This document shows, one piece after another, positions 48,089 through 57,047 of a stretch of 64,000 bases of DNA. Origin of the DNA: Lentisphaerae bacterium RIFOXYA12_FULL_48_11. Its GTDB lineage: Bacteria; Verrucomicrobiota; Kiritimatiellia; UBA8416; YA12-FULL-48-11. The notes beneath the pieces are model-generated. The model made no database searches and was not told the origin of the DNA. It saw only the letters and a program-made list of their open reading frames with translations. The position numbers and the translations under genes were made by a program. Each line of letters opens with the position of its first letter. Position 1 is the first letter of the stretch. The stretch is taken from contig MHBM01000243.1 of assembly GCA_001804885.1 (NCBI GenBank), positions 28,119-92,118 of the forward strand, read 5' to 3'.

Positions 48089-48876
48089 TGGAAGTCATAA
48101 TCCAAAAAGACGAGATTACTGCGACTACCTTTGTTGCTAAGATCATTGCGAAGAAACTCAAGGAAAAACCCAAACTGGTTCTTGGTCTTGCAACCGGTCG
48201 AACTATGGAACAGGTTTATGCCATTCTTGCTCAGATGCATAAGGAGGAAGGATTGGATTTTTCTTTGTGCTGCACTTTCAATCTGGACGAATATGTGGGC
48301 CTCGAACCCGACAATGAAGACTCGTATCATTCTTTCATGAGAAAAAACTTATTCAATAAGATCAATATTGATATACGCAATACTCATCTTCCAAATGGAA
48401 TGGCAGCCGATCTTGCGAAAGAATGTGCAGATTACGAGCGTCTGATTATTGCTACAGGAGGCATTGATCTACAGTTACTGGGGATTGGTTCAGATGGCCA
48501 CATTGGATTCAACGAGCCCCTATCAGCGCTTCGATCACGTACTAGAGAAAAGGCACTTACTCCCGCTACTATCAAACAAAACGGACCATTATTCAAAAAT
48601 CCAAGCATGATGCCAAGGAGAGGGCTCACAATGGGCGTCGGTACAATACTGGAGTCCAAACAGTGTTTATTATTGGCCACTGGAGTGGAAAAGTCATCCA
48701 TGCTGGCACGTGCTGTTGAGGGTCCAATAACGTCAATGATTTCAGCGTCAGCGCTTCAATTACATCAGCATTGCTGTGTTGTCGCAGACGAAGCTGCTGC
48801 GAGCAAACTGCAAGAACAAGATTATTACCGTTGGATATTCCAGAATGAGCCTGAATGGGCCGATTTCCGCAAATAA
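48088..48876 (+). CDS. nagB: glucosamine-6-phosphate deaminase
   Basis: LGLATGRT, FNLDEYVGL and GIGSDGHIGFNEP are collinear with E. coli NagB. TAATG overlap with the oxidoreductase gene. Confidence 0.9.
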   Translation: MEVIIQKDEITATTFVAKIIAKKLKEKPKLVLGLATGRTMEQVYAILAQMHKEEGLDFSLCCTFNLDEYVGLEPDNEDSYHSFMRKNLFNKINIDIRNTHLPNGMAADLAKECADYERLIIATGGIDLQLLGIGSDGHIGFNEPLSALRSRTREKALTPATIKQNGPLFKNPSMMPRRGLTMGVGTILESKQCLLLATGVEKSSMLARAVEGPITSMISASALQLHQHCCVVADEAAASKLQEQDYYRWIFQNEPEWADFRK

Positions 48877-49196
48877 GATATGTTCTGAATCCCGACTGCA
48901 AGTTTCTGTGACACATCCCTATTGCTATGACATTTCTGCATTATAACTCCTATTTGTTTAAAGGGGATGCAGCAAATAGTTATCTAAGCAATTCTTGATG
49001 TTCCTTCTATTGCAGAATCTCTTCGGAAGGCAGAGACCATACCACTCGAGAGAACTCGATAATAATGGAGTATCCTTGCCAGATGATCATTAATCGTATA
49101 ACCTTGATCAATCTGATGGAACAGGAGTTATGTGAATGTATTACTGGCAAATACTTTTTCAGTAGAGATTAGGCAATCGCCCCCCCACACTTACCT

Positions 49197-50471
49197 ATGC
49201 AACCCATGACATCCATAATTAATGCCGTAAAAAGTAAACTTGGCGAGCTTGGATGGGGTGCACTGGTTGTTTTCATTATCTTCCGCTTTAACGACCTAGC
49301 CAGCATGTTCTATAAATTCTATATGGGGCATTTACTGCCGAACGCTGATTATGGTGCTCTTGATCCAGTCTACGCTGCAGCCACACTGTTTTCTATTCCT
49401 GCTGTAGCAATCTTCATGGTGGCCACCAAATCTATAAGTCGCCTGGATGCCATGGGAATGCAAAAAGAGAAGAACGCTTTGATTGCTGATTTGTTACGTA
49501 TGACTTTTGCCGGCAGCGTAGTTGCATTCATCGCAACCTTTGTTTTTCAATCAATTATCATTAACCGGCTCCATCTTTCTGGTCAATATTCATATATATT
49601 ATTTCTTGTCGTTCTTCTTATGTGGTGGCAACCAATGGCAATGGCTATATTTCAGGGAGAACGAAATTATACTTTACTTGCATTAAATGCTCTTTTCTCG
49701 GCAATAGTGCTGATCTTCGCATCAAGGCTACTGGTTGTTAATTTCGGATTTGGTCTGCATGGTGCGTTTCTTGCAAAAATCATAAGTGGCTGTGTTGTTC
49801 TTGTCATCTTAACGCTCTCTCTCAACAAACTTAAGAGAAATGTTCACGCTGATTATCAAAACGAGAAGACTGTCATGCGCGAGACCTTAATACCAATAAT
49901 GATATATCAAGCCTGTATTGTAGCACTTTTCCATAGTGATAAATTATTCGTAAGGAATTTTCTCTGTCCTGACTCGGGTGGATATGGTGCAATCGCAACA
50001 CTTGGCTCTATACCTGCTTACTTTATCAATGCCATGTCATTTGTCGTATTCCCCCTTGCTTCTGCGGATCATGCTGAAGGAAAAACAATGGTGAGATATT
50101 ATAAACAAACCATAATGTTATGCTTCGCAGTAATGATCACATGCTCGGGTACATTTTATTATCTCGCTCCGATTATTATTAAATTATGGAATACATCTTT
50201 CTCCGCTTATGCCGGCTATGTATGGATATATTCCGCCGTTATGAGCATCCATGGAGTTATTGTTGTATTCGCCAGCATCGAAATTGCATCACACAGATAT
50301 AAGTTTCTGTGGTTTATGGCGCCGGCCTCCTTGGTTACAGTCATAATTCTTTATTTATTCAGAGCGCAGTTAACTATTCCTGTAATTATTTCATGTTTAT
50401 TCGTCGTAAATGTATTTATCGCCAGTAGCCTGATATACTCAGCCACCATGAGATATAAGAACGCTCAGTAG
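49197..50471 (+). CDS. MOP/Wzx-like polysaccharide exporter (flippase)
   Basis: 424-aa polytopic membrane protein, with at least 10 hydrophobic segments by eye. Its size and pattern fit polysaccharide-biosynthesis (Wzx-type) transporters. Confidence 0.65.
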   Translation: MQPMTSIINAVKSKLGELGWGALVVFIIFRFNDLASMFYKFYMGHLLPNADYGALDPVYAAATLFSIPAVAIFMVATKSISRLDAMGMQKEKNALIADLLRMTFAGSVVAFIATFVFQSIIINRLHLSGQYSYILFLVVLLMWWQPMAMAIFQGERNYTLLALNALFSAIVLIFASRLLVVNFGFGLHGAFLAKIISGCVVLVILTLSLNKLKRNVHADYQNEKTVMRETLIPIMIYQACIVALFHSDKLFVRNFLCPDSGGYGAIATLGSIPAYFINAMSFVVFPLASADHAEGKTMVRYYKQTIMLCFAVMITCSGTFYYLAPIIIKLWNTSFSAYAGYVWIYSAVMSIHGVIVVFASIEIASHRYKFLWFMAPASLVTVIILYLFRAQLTIPVIISCLFVVNVFIASSLIYSATMRYKNAQ

Positions 50472-50559
50472 AGATAATTAATGATGAGACCGCCATTCAT
50501 AGATTCACAAAAAAACAGGCGAGAGAAAATAATTTAGTTGTACTATAGGAGCCCCCCCA

Positions 50560-51183
50560 ATGATTGCACGCCATGATGAAATCATTAATAATGAATTAAG
50601 AAGAATAAGCAATGATTACAAGGATCACAAAAGATTGGTTGATTTTGGCTGTGGCAACGGCGAGCGAACCTTACTGTTTGATGAATTTGGAAGGGAACTT
50701 ATAGGTTTAGACTATATAAGTTATGAATTAAGAGAGAACGATGAGAAAATTAAATTCTATAAAAGAAACTTCCTTAATTCAGAATTACCTGACAGTTTTG
50801 CAGACATGGTTATGTGTTTTGATGTTGTCGAACATATGGAGCAACCGGAGAATCTTTTAAAGGAAATTTATCGCGTAATGACTTCAAAAGGAATATTAAT
50901 ATTAGCAACACCAAACCGGAACCGGCTGACTAACTGGCCATTACTAGTTCTGGGACTTAAAAAATATCCAGCCCGAATCTCCAAAGAATTTGATCAATAT
51001 CCAGAATATTGGCATCTCACAGAGTATTCAGAAAAGCAACTACGGGCGTTGGTTGAGAAACATGCATTCATAATTCTTGAGTGGAAGAAAGTATACTACG
51101 GTTTGGCGGGAGGAACAGGTATTGACAACTTAAAGGGATTACCATTATACCACAATCACATCCTGGTACTGGGAAAGAAATGA
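50560..51183 (+). CDS. class I SAM-dependent methyltransferase
   Basis: Motif I LVDFGCGNGERT. Acidic post-I residue in LIGLDY. Motif II/III VMCFDVVEH...GILILATPN. Confidence 0.8.
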   Translation: MIARHDEIINNELRRISNDYKDHKRLVDFGCGNGERTLLFDEFGRELIGLDYISYELRENDEKIKFYKRNFLNSELPDSFADMVMCFDVVEHMEQPENLLKEIYRVMTSKGILILATPNRNRLTNWPLLVLGLKKYPARISKEFDQYPEYWHLTEYSEKQLRALVEKHAFIILEWKKVYYGLAGGTGIDNLKGLPLYHNHILVLGKK

Positions 51184-51201
51184 CCAGCATCTTTCCTGGT
51201 T

Positions 51202-53478
51202 CTACTTGACCTCAAAACGTTTCCGAAAATAAATAGTCTTACCTGCCGGCCAGGATATTGGATGATAAAGCAATTGCTTCTGATTCTGAGCATTAATAAA
51301 TGCATTAGGTTTGAACTGAAAGTAAGGCATCCAAGGTAGTGGCCCGCCGCAAGGACTGTTTGACCAGGATGAATCGTCAAAATTTACCGCATTCCAACTT
51401 GGTGTCTCGGCCTCTGACATCTTCCATGTACTATCGGTCCACATTTCCATTGAATGCCCTCGGAGATACATGGAAACCCAAGGATCTCGATGTGTACCAG
51501 TCACCTCAGCACATACAACATGAGTACCAGGGATAAGAACAAGTGGAATAACGCTCGCATTTATAAAATCGTCCCCAGCCATTACCAGGTTTCCATCATA
51601 GTAGATTCTTTTAGCGCCATTAATATGAGCCAATAAATACCCATTTGTCAGAGACGAATTGAACCAATTCAGTAATTTTGCCTGACTACGAACAGTTTCG
51701 CTATTTGCAGTCTTTTCGAATTCTTTATAAACTTCTTTTGAACGCGTATTCAAAATCCCCAGTCTTTCCTGATATGCAATAATCCTTAATTGCATCATTT
51801 CTGCCTCAGCAGTTCCCGCATATTTCTCAGCATACTCTTTACAATAATCAATTGCATCGGAGAACAAACCTAACCGCTCCTTCTCCCACAATTCACAGAA
51901 GAAAGAATCTTTCTCGAGAGGATCACGCGGAATATGACGTTCACAAACGTTCGGCATTGTTTCATTACAAGCACCAGGAGTTTGCATGTAATAATATGCA
52001 ACGCTCGACATATAACCGCGCGATACATTATTACCATGAGGACTACTACCAAACTCGATATTCATCTTAAAGGACTTTGCAAAATTGACAGGGTCCGGAA
52101 GATGGAACCTGTATTGGGTTGTTCGGATGCCTGATCTTTCCAATACTGCAGCCAAGGGCGATTGGAAAATCCCATAATTATAATACCACCCACCGTTGAA
52201 ATAATCTTCAAGGCCTGTCCCATGTAGCGAAGACATTACCTCACCATCCAGAAACATAGATTCATCGCTTTCGAGAATATTCCATGAACCGTCCATCCCG
52301 ATAGATGTAAGATATGTACCTGCATAATGACCTGCGCCTTGAACTGAGATAATATCATGAGGTTTGCCAGGAGTATGGCTCTGGTTCCAAAATGCATGGA
52401 AGTACCGCAATCGAGTATCCCAGTGCTTGAGTTTATCAGATCGTGCAACAATCTCCATTTCTAACGGAATACTACTTTCGTTATGTATTTCTATTCGCAT
52501 TTGTTGCCGAAAAGGCATCGGGAATCTGGATGTGAATGAACTTAAATGCCGGGAAAGATACATGGAATTATAAGTTGTCAATCTAACCCCATTGCAAAAG
52601 AAATCACCAAAAGGTACTTCGACACTAGGACTCTGAGCATTATTCCAAAATATTCGCAGAACCAACTCTCTGAGGAGACGATTTCTGTTATTAACAGATA
52701 TTTCTTTAGGAAATTGTAAATTGAAATCCAGTTCATGGACAATAGCAGGACCCTTTTCTTCCCAAACAGCGGTCTTTGTCATAGGTTGCAGAACAATCCT
52801 TTTCCCCGTAATCCCCTCCGGCTGTGAGCGCATACGCAATGTGTTTATTGAAATATTGTGCCAACAATTAGAAATATCCTCAAATTTCCATCGCAGTCTC
52901 TCGGCTGTTTCCATGCTGAATGATTCCACACCAACATTATTCGAGAATGTTTCATAATTAACCTGATAAAAGAAACAGAAGGGACCAGGCAATGGTTCGG
53001 CTGTAATAATCAGACGCTTCTTGAACAACAATGGGACATAGGATATTCCGGCGCCGCTTGGATCATGTGCCAATGGTATTATAAATGGAAATCTCTTTGC
53101 ATACCGCAAGTCGCCACACGTAATAATAAGAGACGGCGCCTGTTCTCCATCAAATCTGAAATATAGTTTGGCATCGGGATGCATACCGGTGAACCAAAAC
53201 CTTCTGACACATCCGGGACCTGTTAGATCGGCTATTATCGGCCGGCCGTCGTCCCCGAAACGTTGAAACGAGTGGCCGTCGTTGTTGCCACCGGAACGAT
53301 CATAGCTGGACTCCATTCTAACTATTCCAAGGGGGGCATATGCTATCTGAGAATAATTTGTTAAATCATTTAAGCACGACTCGAGATCCATTTTGATGGG
53401 AACATTTTGACTACATCCCGAAAGAATAATATTTAAAATAACAAATAAGTAAAAAGCTAGATTGTAACACTTCGGCAT
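51202..53478 (-). CDS. lipoprotein with DUF2961 / GH172-like domain plus a C-terminal beta-rich domain
   Basis: Lipobox ILSGC. The core block GAGHYAGTYL...ESDESMFLDGE...HGTGLEDYFNGGWYY resembles the DUF2961 (CAZy GH172) signature. About 250 extra C-terminal residues end in YFRKRFEVK. Confidence 0.65.
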   Translation of the reverse strand: MPKCYNLAFYLFVILNIILSGCSQNVPIKMDLESCLNDLTNYSQIAYAPLGIVRMESSYDRSGGNNDGHSFQRFGDDGRPIIADLTGPGCVRRFWFTGMHPDAKLYFRFDGEQAPSLIITCGDLRYAKRFPFIIPLAHDPSGAGISYVPLLFKKRLIITAEPLPGPFCFFYQVNYETFSNNVGVESFSMETAERLRWKFEDISNCWHNISINTLRMRSQPEGITGKRIVLQPMTKTAVWEEKGPAIVHELDFNLQFPKEISVNNRNRLLRELVLRIFWNNAQSPSVEVPFGDFFCNGVRLTTYNSMYLSRHLSSFTSRFPMPFRQQMRIEIHNESSIPLEMEIVARSDKLKHWDTRLRYFHAFWNQSHTPGKPHDIISVQGAGHYAGTYLTSIGMDGSWNILESDESMFLDGEVMSSLHGTGLEDYFNGGWYYNYGIFQSPLAAVLERSGIRTTQYRFHLPDPVNFAKSFKMNIEFGSSPHGNNVSRGYMSSVAYYYMQTPGACNETMPNVCERHIPRDPLEKDSFFCELWEKERLGLFSDAIDYCKEYAEKYAGTAEAEMMQLRIIAYQERLGILNTRSKEVYKEFEKTANSETVRSQAKLLNWFNSSLTNGYLLAHINGAKRIYYDGNLVMAGDDFINASVIPLVLIPGTHVVCAEVTGTHRDPWVSMYLRGHSMEMWTDSTWKMSEAETPSWNAVNFDDSSWSNSPCGGPLPWMPYFQFKPNAFINAQNQKQLLYHPISWPAGKTIYFRKRFEVK

Positions 53479-53500
53479 GATAAATCTCCCATTATTATTC

Positions 53501-54559
53501 TTAAAGAATATTTAGATATTTTGAACATCGCTTACAAAAGGGTGTCGGGTCAGTAATCATTTGCCTACGGAACGACATTGCACGGTTCCCGTTCCAAATA
53601 TCATTTATATCTTCAGTAAAGATATTTCCAAAGCTGTAATCACGTATCATCTCACTATATGCACCAAATTGGGGTAAAATACAGCATGGCAGCACATCAC
53701 CAAAAACCGTAATGTATGGATATACCCATGGATAGAAGCATGAAGACTTCATGATGCACGGCTGTGGTATTGAAATCTCCACCTTATTCTCTTCGGCATA
53801 CAACTTGATTCGGCGGAATATATCTTTGATGGTTGCGCCGTGACAATCATACAAGGAGGCGGTATTCTGAGAAAATACATCATGGACATTTTGAAAAGTT
53901 ACACCGGAAATCGATGGATATCGTGACGCCAGATCAACAACCGATCTTACGTTATTCAGATCGTCAAGCAAGTCCTTGACCAGAACCGTATTCAGGTATA
54001 TCAAGATTTCCGAGTTCGAACTTATTGCAGCATTATCAAGCAACCTTAAATTTTCCAGCAACTTTTCAATGCTGCCCCCCAGGCGGATCTTTTCATAAAT
54101 TCCAGGCACAGCACTTTCAATTGAAATCGTAATACTTCTCAATGATGTTGAGAGCAGTGAATTAATACGGTCCTCTGTCATCAACAAACCATTGGTAATA
54201 AAACCAACATCTATCCCTCTTCTAGCGGCCAGGCCAATCAGCTTCTCAAGGTCATTATTTAGTAGCCCTTCTCCCATTCCCGTAAGGTTTATTCCCTTCA
54301 GCGTGCCAAGCTTATCTAAAATATACTCAAACTGTTCAGGTTTTAAGAAAGCTTTCCGCGTACCTTTGTTTAGTCCGCACATCCGGCAATGCAAGTTACA
54401 TACAGAAGAAGGCTCGATCTGAATTTCAACAGGAAGAGGTAATTGTAATTTCCTGAAATAGGCGCCCTGATAATTCATTAAAGCTTTTATCGCTACTCGC
54501 AATCCGTACTTTGACATTACGTGAAGAATGTTCCGCGCACCTTTAAGAAGGAAATTCAT
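53501..54559 (-). CDS. radical SAM enzyme with reduced SPASM/twitch-type C-terminal Cys motif
   Basis: CNLHCRMC is the CX3CX2C motif. GMGEGLLN is a SAM-binding motif. The C-terminal CX12GX4C (CFYPWVYPYITVFGDVLPC) is followed by a terminal CKRC. Confidence 0.85.
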   Translation of the reverse strand: MNFLLKGARNILHVMSKYGLRVAIKALMNYQGAYFRKLQLPLPVEIQIEPSSVCNLHCRMCGLNKGTRKAFLKPEQFEYILDKLGTLKGINLTGMGEGLLNNDLEKLIGLAARRGIDVGFITNGLLMTEDRINSLLSTSLRSITISIESAVPGIYEKIRLGGSIEKLLENLRLLDNAAISSNSEILIYLNTVLVKDLLDDLNNVRSVVDLASRYPSISGVTFQNVHDVFSQNTASLYDCHGATIKDIFRRIKLYAEENKVEISIPQPCIMKSSCFYPWVYPYITVFGDVLPCCILPQFGAYSEMIRDYSFGNIFTEDINDIWNGNRAMSFRRQMITDPTPFCKRCSKYLNIL

Positions 54560-55812
54560 AAAATACGATGCTCCATCTGATCATTAAAGATGGATTTGAA
54601 TATTACATCAGCACGTTTATCCCAATCCCATTTCTCCTCAATCAGCGCAAATGCATCATTAGATAACTTTGAATACAGAGCCTGATCGTTGAGAAGTTTT
54701 AATATGTTTGCAGCGAAATCCGACAAGTCCCCAATCTTCGTTTTAAGTATACCTTTGGGATAATAAGTTTTCAATGCATCAAGATCATACGAAACACCTG
54801 GCAACCGCCACGCCATGCCTTCCGCAGCCGCCATGCCACCGCTGTCATATGTAGCAGGATGAAGCATTAGCCTGCTATTCTTGAATACTTCATATTTTGG
54901 TTCCCCATCAAGAAACCCAAACAATCTAACGTTTTTGGTAAGGCCATAACTATCAATTTTTTGTCGCACCTCTGCCTCCAAAGGTCCTACACCTATCATC
55001 GCCAATTGCGCGTCTGGTTTGACCTTACAAACGATTTTCCATATTTCAATAAGATCTAGAACCCCCTTCTGATAATGAAAACGTCCCAAAAAGCATGCAT
55101 CATATTGTTTTTGTTTGTCCTGAACGACCTGATTTGATGAGAAATATTTTTTCGATGGGCAGACATCAACCCCTCCCTGAACAACAATCACTCTTGATGA
55201 ATCTATTCGTCCTGATACAAATCTACTTACATCAGGAGCGGAAGTAACAAGAACATAATCTGCATATCTCCGGACAACAGATAGCGTATATTGCTGCATA
55301 AGCCAGTAAAGTAATCCCCTGAACCTTTGAATCCCCTTATATGGGGATTCGGATGCCCATGGAGATGGAGCGAAAAGAAAATATGACGCAATCCACTTTA
55401 TTCTCTTAAATCTTTTCTTAACATCATATGCCGGGATCAGATCAGGAAAAAAATCCGATAAAGAGTAAACATAATCGCAATCCTCTATTAAACTATTATT
55501 CTTACGGAAATAATTGACGGCTATAGCGGTTCGAGTCATTGCATGCTTTGCAAGGGTAATCGGGCTGTGTAAAATATTCTCAGGCGTTTGGCTCGCAGGG
55601 GAAATGACATGGCATTCAACACCAGAAATACCATATCGCACCATGGCATTTATTGTATGCTCATCAGCGCATACTTTTAATCTGGCCTTTGATTGCCATC
55701 GACGAACCAATTCCATGAAAATTCGAGACCCGCCGCTCAGGCCGATCATTGGTATGTCGTAATTCCCGACAAAAACTATGCTTGGTTTATCAGAAATAAT
55801 TGGAGTATTCAT
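54556..55812 (-). CDS. GT-B glycosyltransferase (GT4-like)
   Basis: C-terminal GT-B domain FLGRFHYQKG...LHPATYDSGGMAAAEGMAWRLPGV. 4-nt overlaps with both neighbouring genes. Confidence 0.8.
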   Translation of the reverse strand: MNTPIISDKPSIVFVGNYDIPMIGLSGGSRIFMELVRRWQSKARLKVCADEHTINAMVRYGISGVECHVISPASQTPENILHSPITLAKHAMTRTAIAVNYFRKNNSLIEDCDYVYSLSDFFPDLIPAYDVKKRFKRIKWIASYFLFAPSPWASESPYKGIQRFRGLLYWLMQQYTLSVVRRYADYVLVTSAPDVSRFVSGRIDSSRVIVVQGGVDVCPSKKYFSSNQVVQDKQKQYDACFLGRFHYQKGVLDLIEIWKIVCKVKPDAQLAMIGVGPLEAEVRQKIDSYGLTKNVRLFGFLDGEPKYEVFKNSRLMLHPATYDSGGMAAAEGMAWRLPGVSYDLDALKTYYPKGILKTKIGDLSDFAANILKLLNDQALYSKLSNDAFALIEEKWDWDKRADVIFKSIFNDQMEHRIL

Positions 55813-57032
55813 TTAACGTAATGCTTAATGATTAAATCGAGGTTTGCGGAACCAAAATTTCTTTCAGCATATGGCCTGCAATTAGCAACCATTTCCAGAT
55901 ATCTCGACTTATTATTAACAAGCCAAGAAATAGCAGTTTTGATGTTCTCGACCGTCGGATCGACAAGAATAGAAACGGAATCATCCAGTGCATCAGGTAT
56001 ACCACCCTTATTTGCACCGACAACTGGTGTTCCACAAGCGACTGCCTCCATAACAACACGGCCGAGGCCTTCTTCATATTGTGACGGAATACAGAGTAAA
56101 TCAGCAGCACTATAGTACTTCGTCAACTCGTTATTCGGAACAGGTCCGGCATGAATGATGTTCTTATGATGCCTGGAAACCTCGGCTAGCATCTCAGTAT
56201 CTTCACCGATACCAACAAATACAAAATTCACATCAGGCAGTAATTTCGCAACGTTAATCAAGACGCTTGTACCCTTTTTCTGCATGAGTCGGCCGACAAA
56301 CAACACCATAAACTTTTCATCCAGCCCAAGTATTGTCCGACATTTTTCTTTGCCCGCATTTCGAAAGTGGTATAGGTCAACCCAATAACGGTGACGGCTT
56401 AATCGATCTTCAGCAACCCCATAATTACGCATCTGAAGGAATGAAGAATTTGATACAGCCATCACAACATCTGCATGTCGCACAATCCAGCCTGCCACTC
56501 TTTCCGATATTGAGCGTGGAGGCATTTCGTAAATGGCATGAGTACTGAGTATCATTTTTTTCCTAAACAATACCTTGAAAATCACTCCCATAAAACCAGT
56601 ACTGAGTCCCTGTGCATGAATGATATCAATATCTCCGCAGTGTTTTAACAACCACAGGAAAGAACGGATCATCATGTATGGGGCCATGTACAAGAATGCC
56701 AAGAAAGGATATTTTTCAATCTTGTCATACACGCCACCGCTGATCCACTTGAACCGGAAGATTTCAGCACATCTCCCAATACGTTCATATAAAGGTGCAG
56801 GCAGACGATCGACGCCTATAGGCGAGTGAGTTAACAGGAAGAGCTTATAGCCGTTACCATCAAGAGCATAAACGAGATCAGAAAGATGCGTTTCAACCCC
56901 ACCGAGGCTCGGAGCAAATGTTGGTGATAGAATCAATATTCTAGGCTTATACTCCACATGATTGCAGAAATCCTGCCTATCGGATTGTTCACCAACATTA
57001 TCAGCTAAGTTCTTTGGCATACACTTGCCCAT
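55809..57032 (-). CDS. GT-B glycosyltransferase (GT4-like)
   Basis: SLGGVETHLSDL at the N-terminus. FVGRLMQKKG...IPSQYEEGLGRVVMEAVACGTPVV is an EX7E-type motif. Confidence 0.88.
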   Translation of the reverse strand: MGKCMPKNLADNVGEQSDRQDFCNHVEYKPRILILSPTFAPSLGGVETHLSDLVYALDGNGYKLFLLTHSPIGVDRLPAPLYERIGRCAEIFRFKWISGGVYDKIEKYPFLAFLYMAPYMMIRSFLWLLKHCGDIDIIHAQGLSTGFMGVIFKVLFRKKMILSTHAIYEMPPRSISERVAGWIVRHADVVMAVSNSSFLQMRNYGVAEDRLSRHRYWVDLYHFRNAGKEKCRTILGLDEKFMVLFVGRLMQKKGTSVLINVAKLLPDVNFVFVGIGEDTEMLAEVSRHHKNIIHAGPVPNNELTKYYSAADLLCIPSQYEEGLGRVVMEAVACGTPVVGANKGGIPDALDDSVSILVDPTVENIKTAISWLVNNKSRYLEMVANCRPYAERNFGSANLDLIIKHYVK

Positions 57033-57047
57033 GAATCTTCAGAAGGA

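Noticed and set aside
51183-51200. ACCAG-N8-CTGGT hairpin between the convergent methyltransferase and GH172-like genes as a possible bidirectional terminator
   Set aside because: The stem is only 5 bp, has no U-tracts on either side, and overlaps a stop codon.
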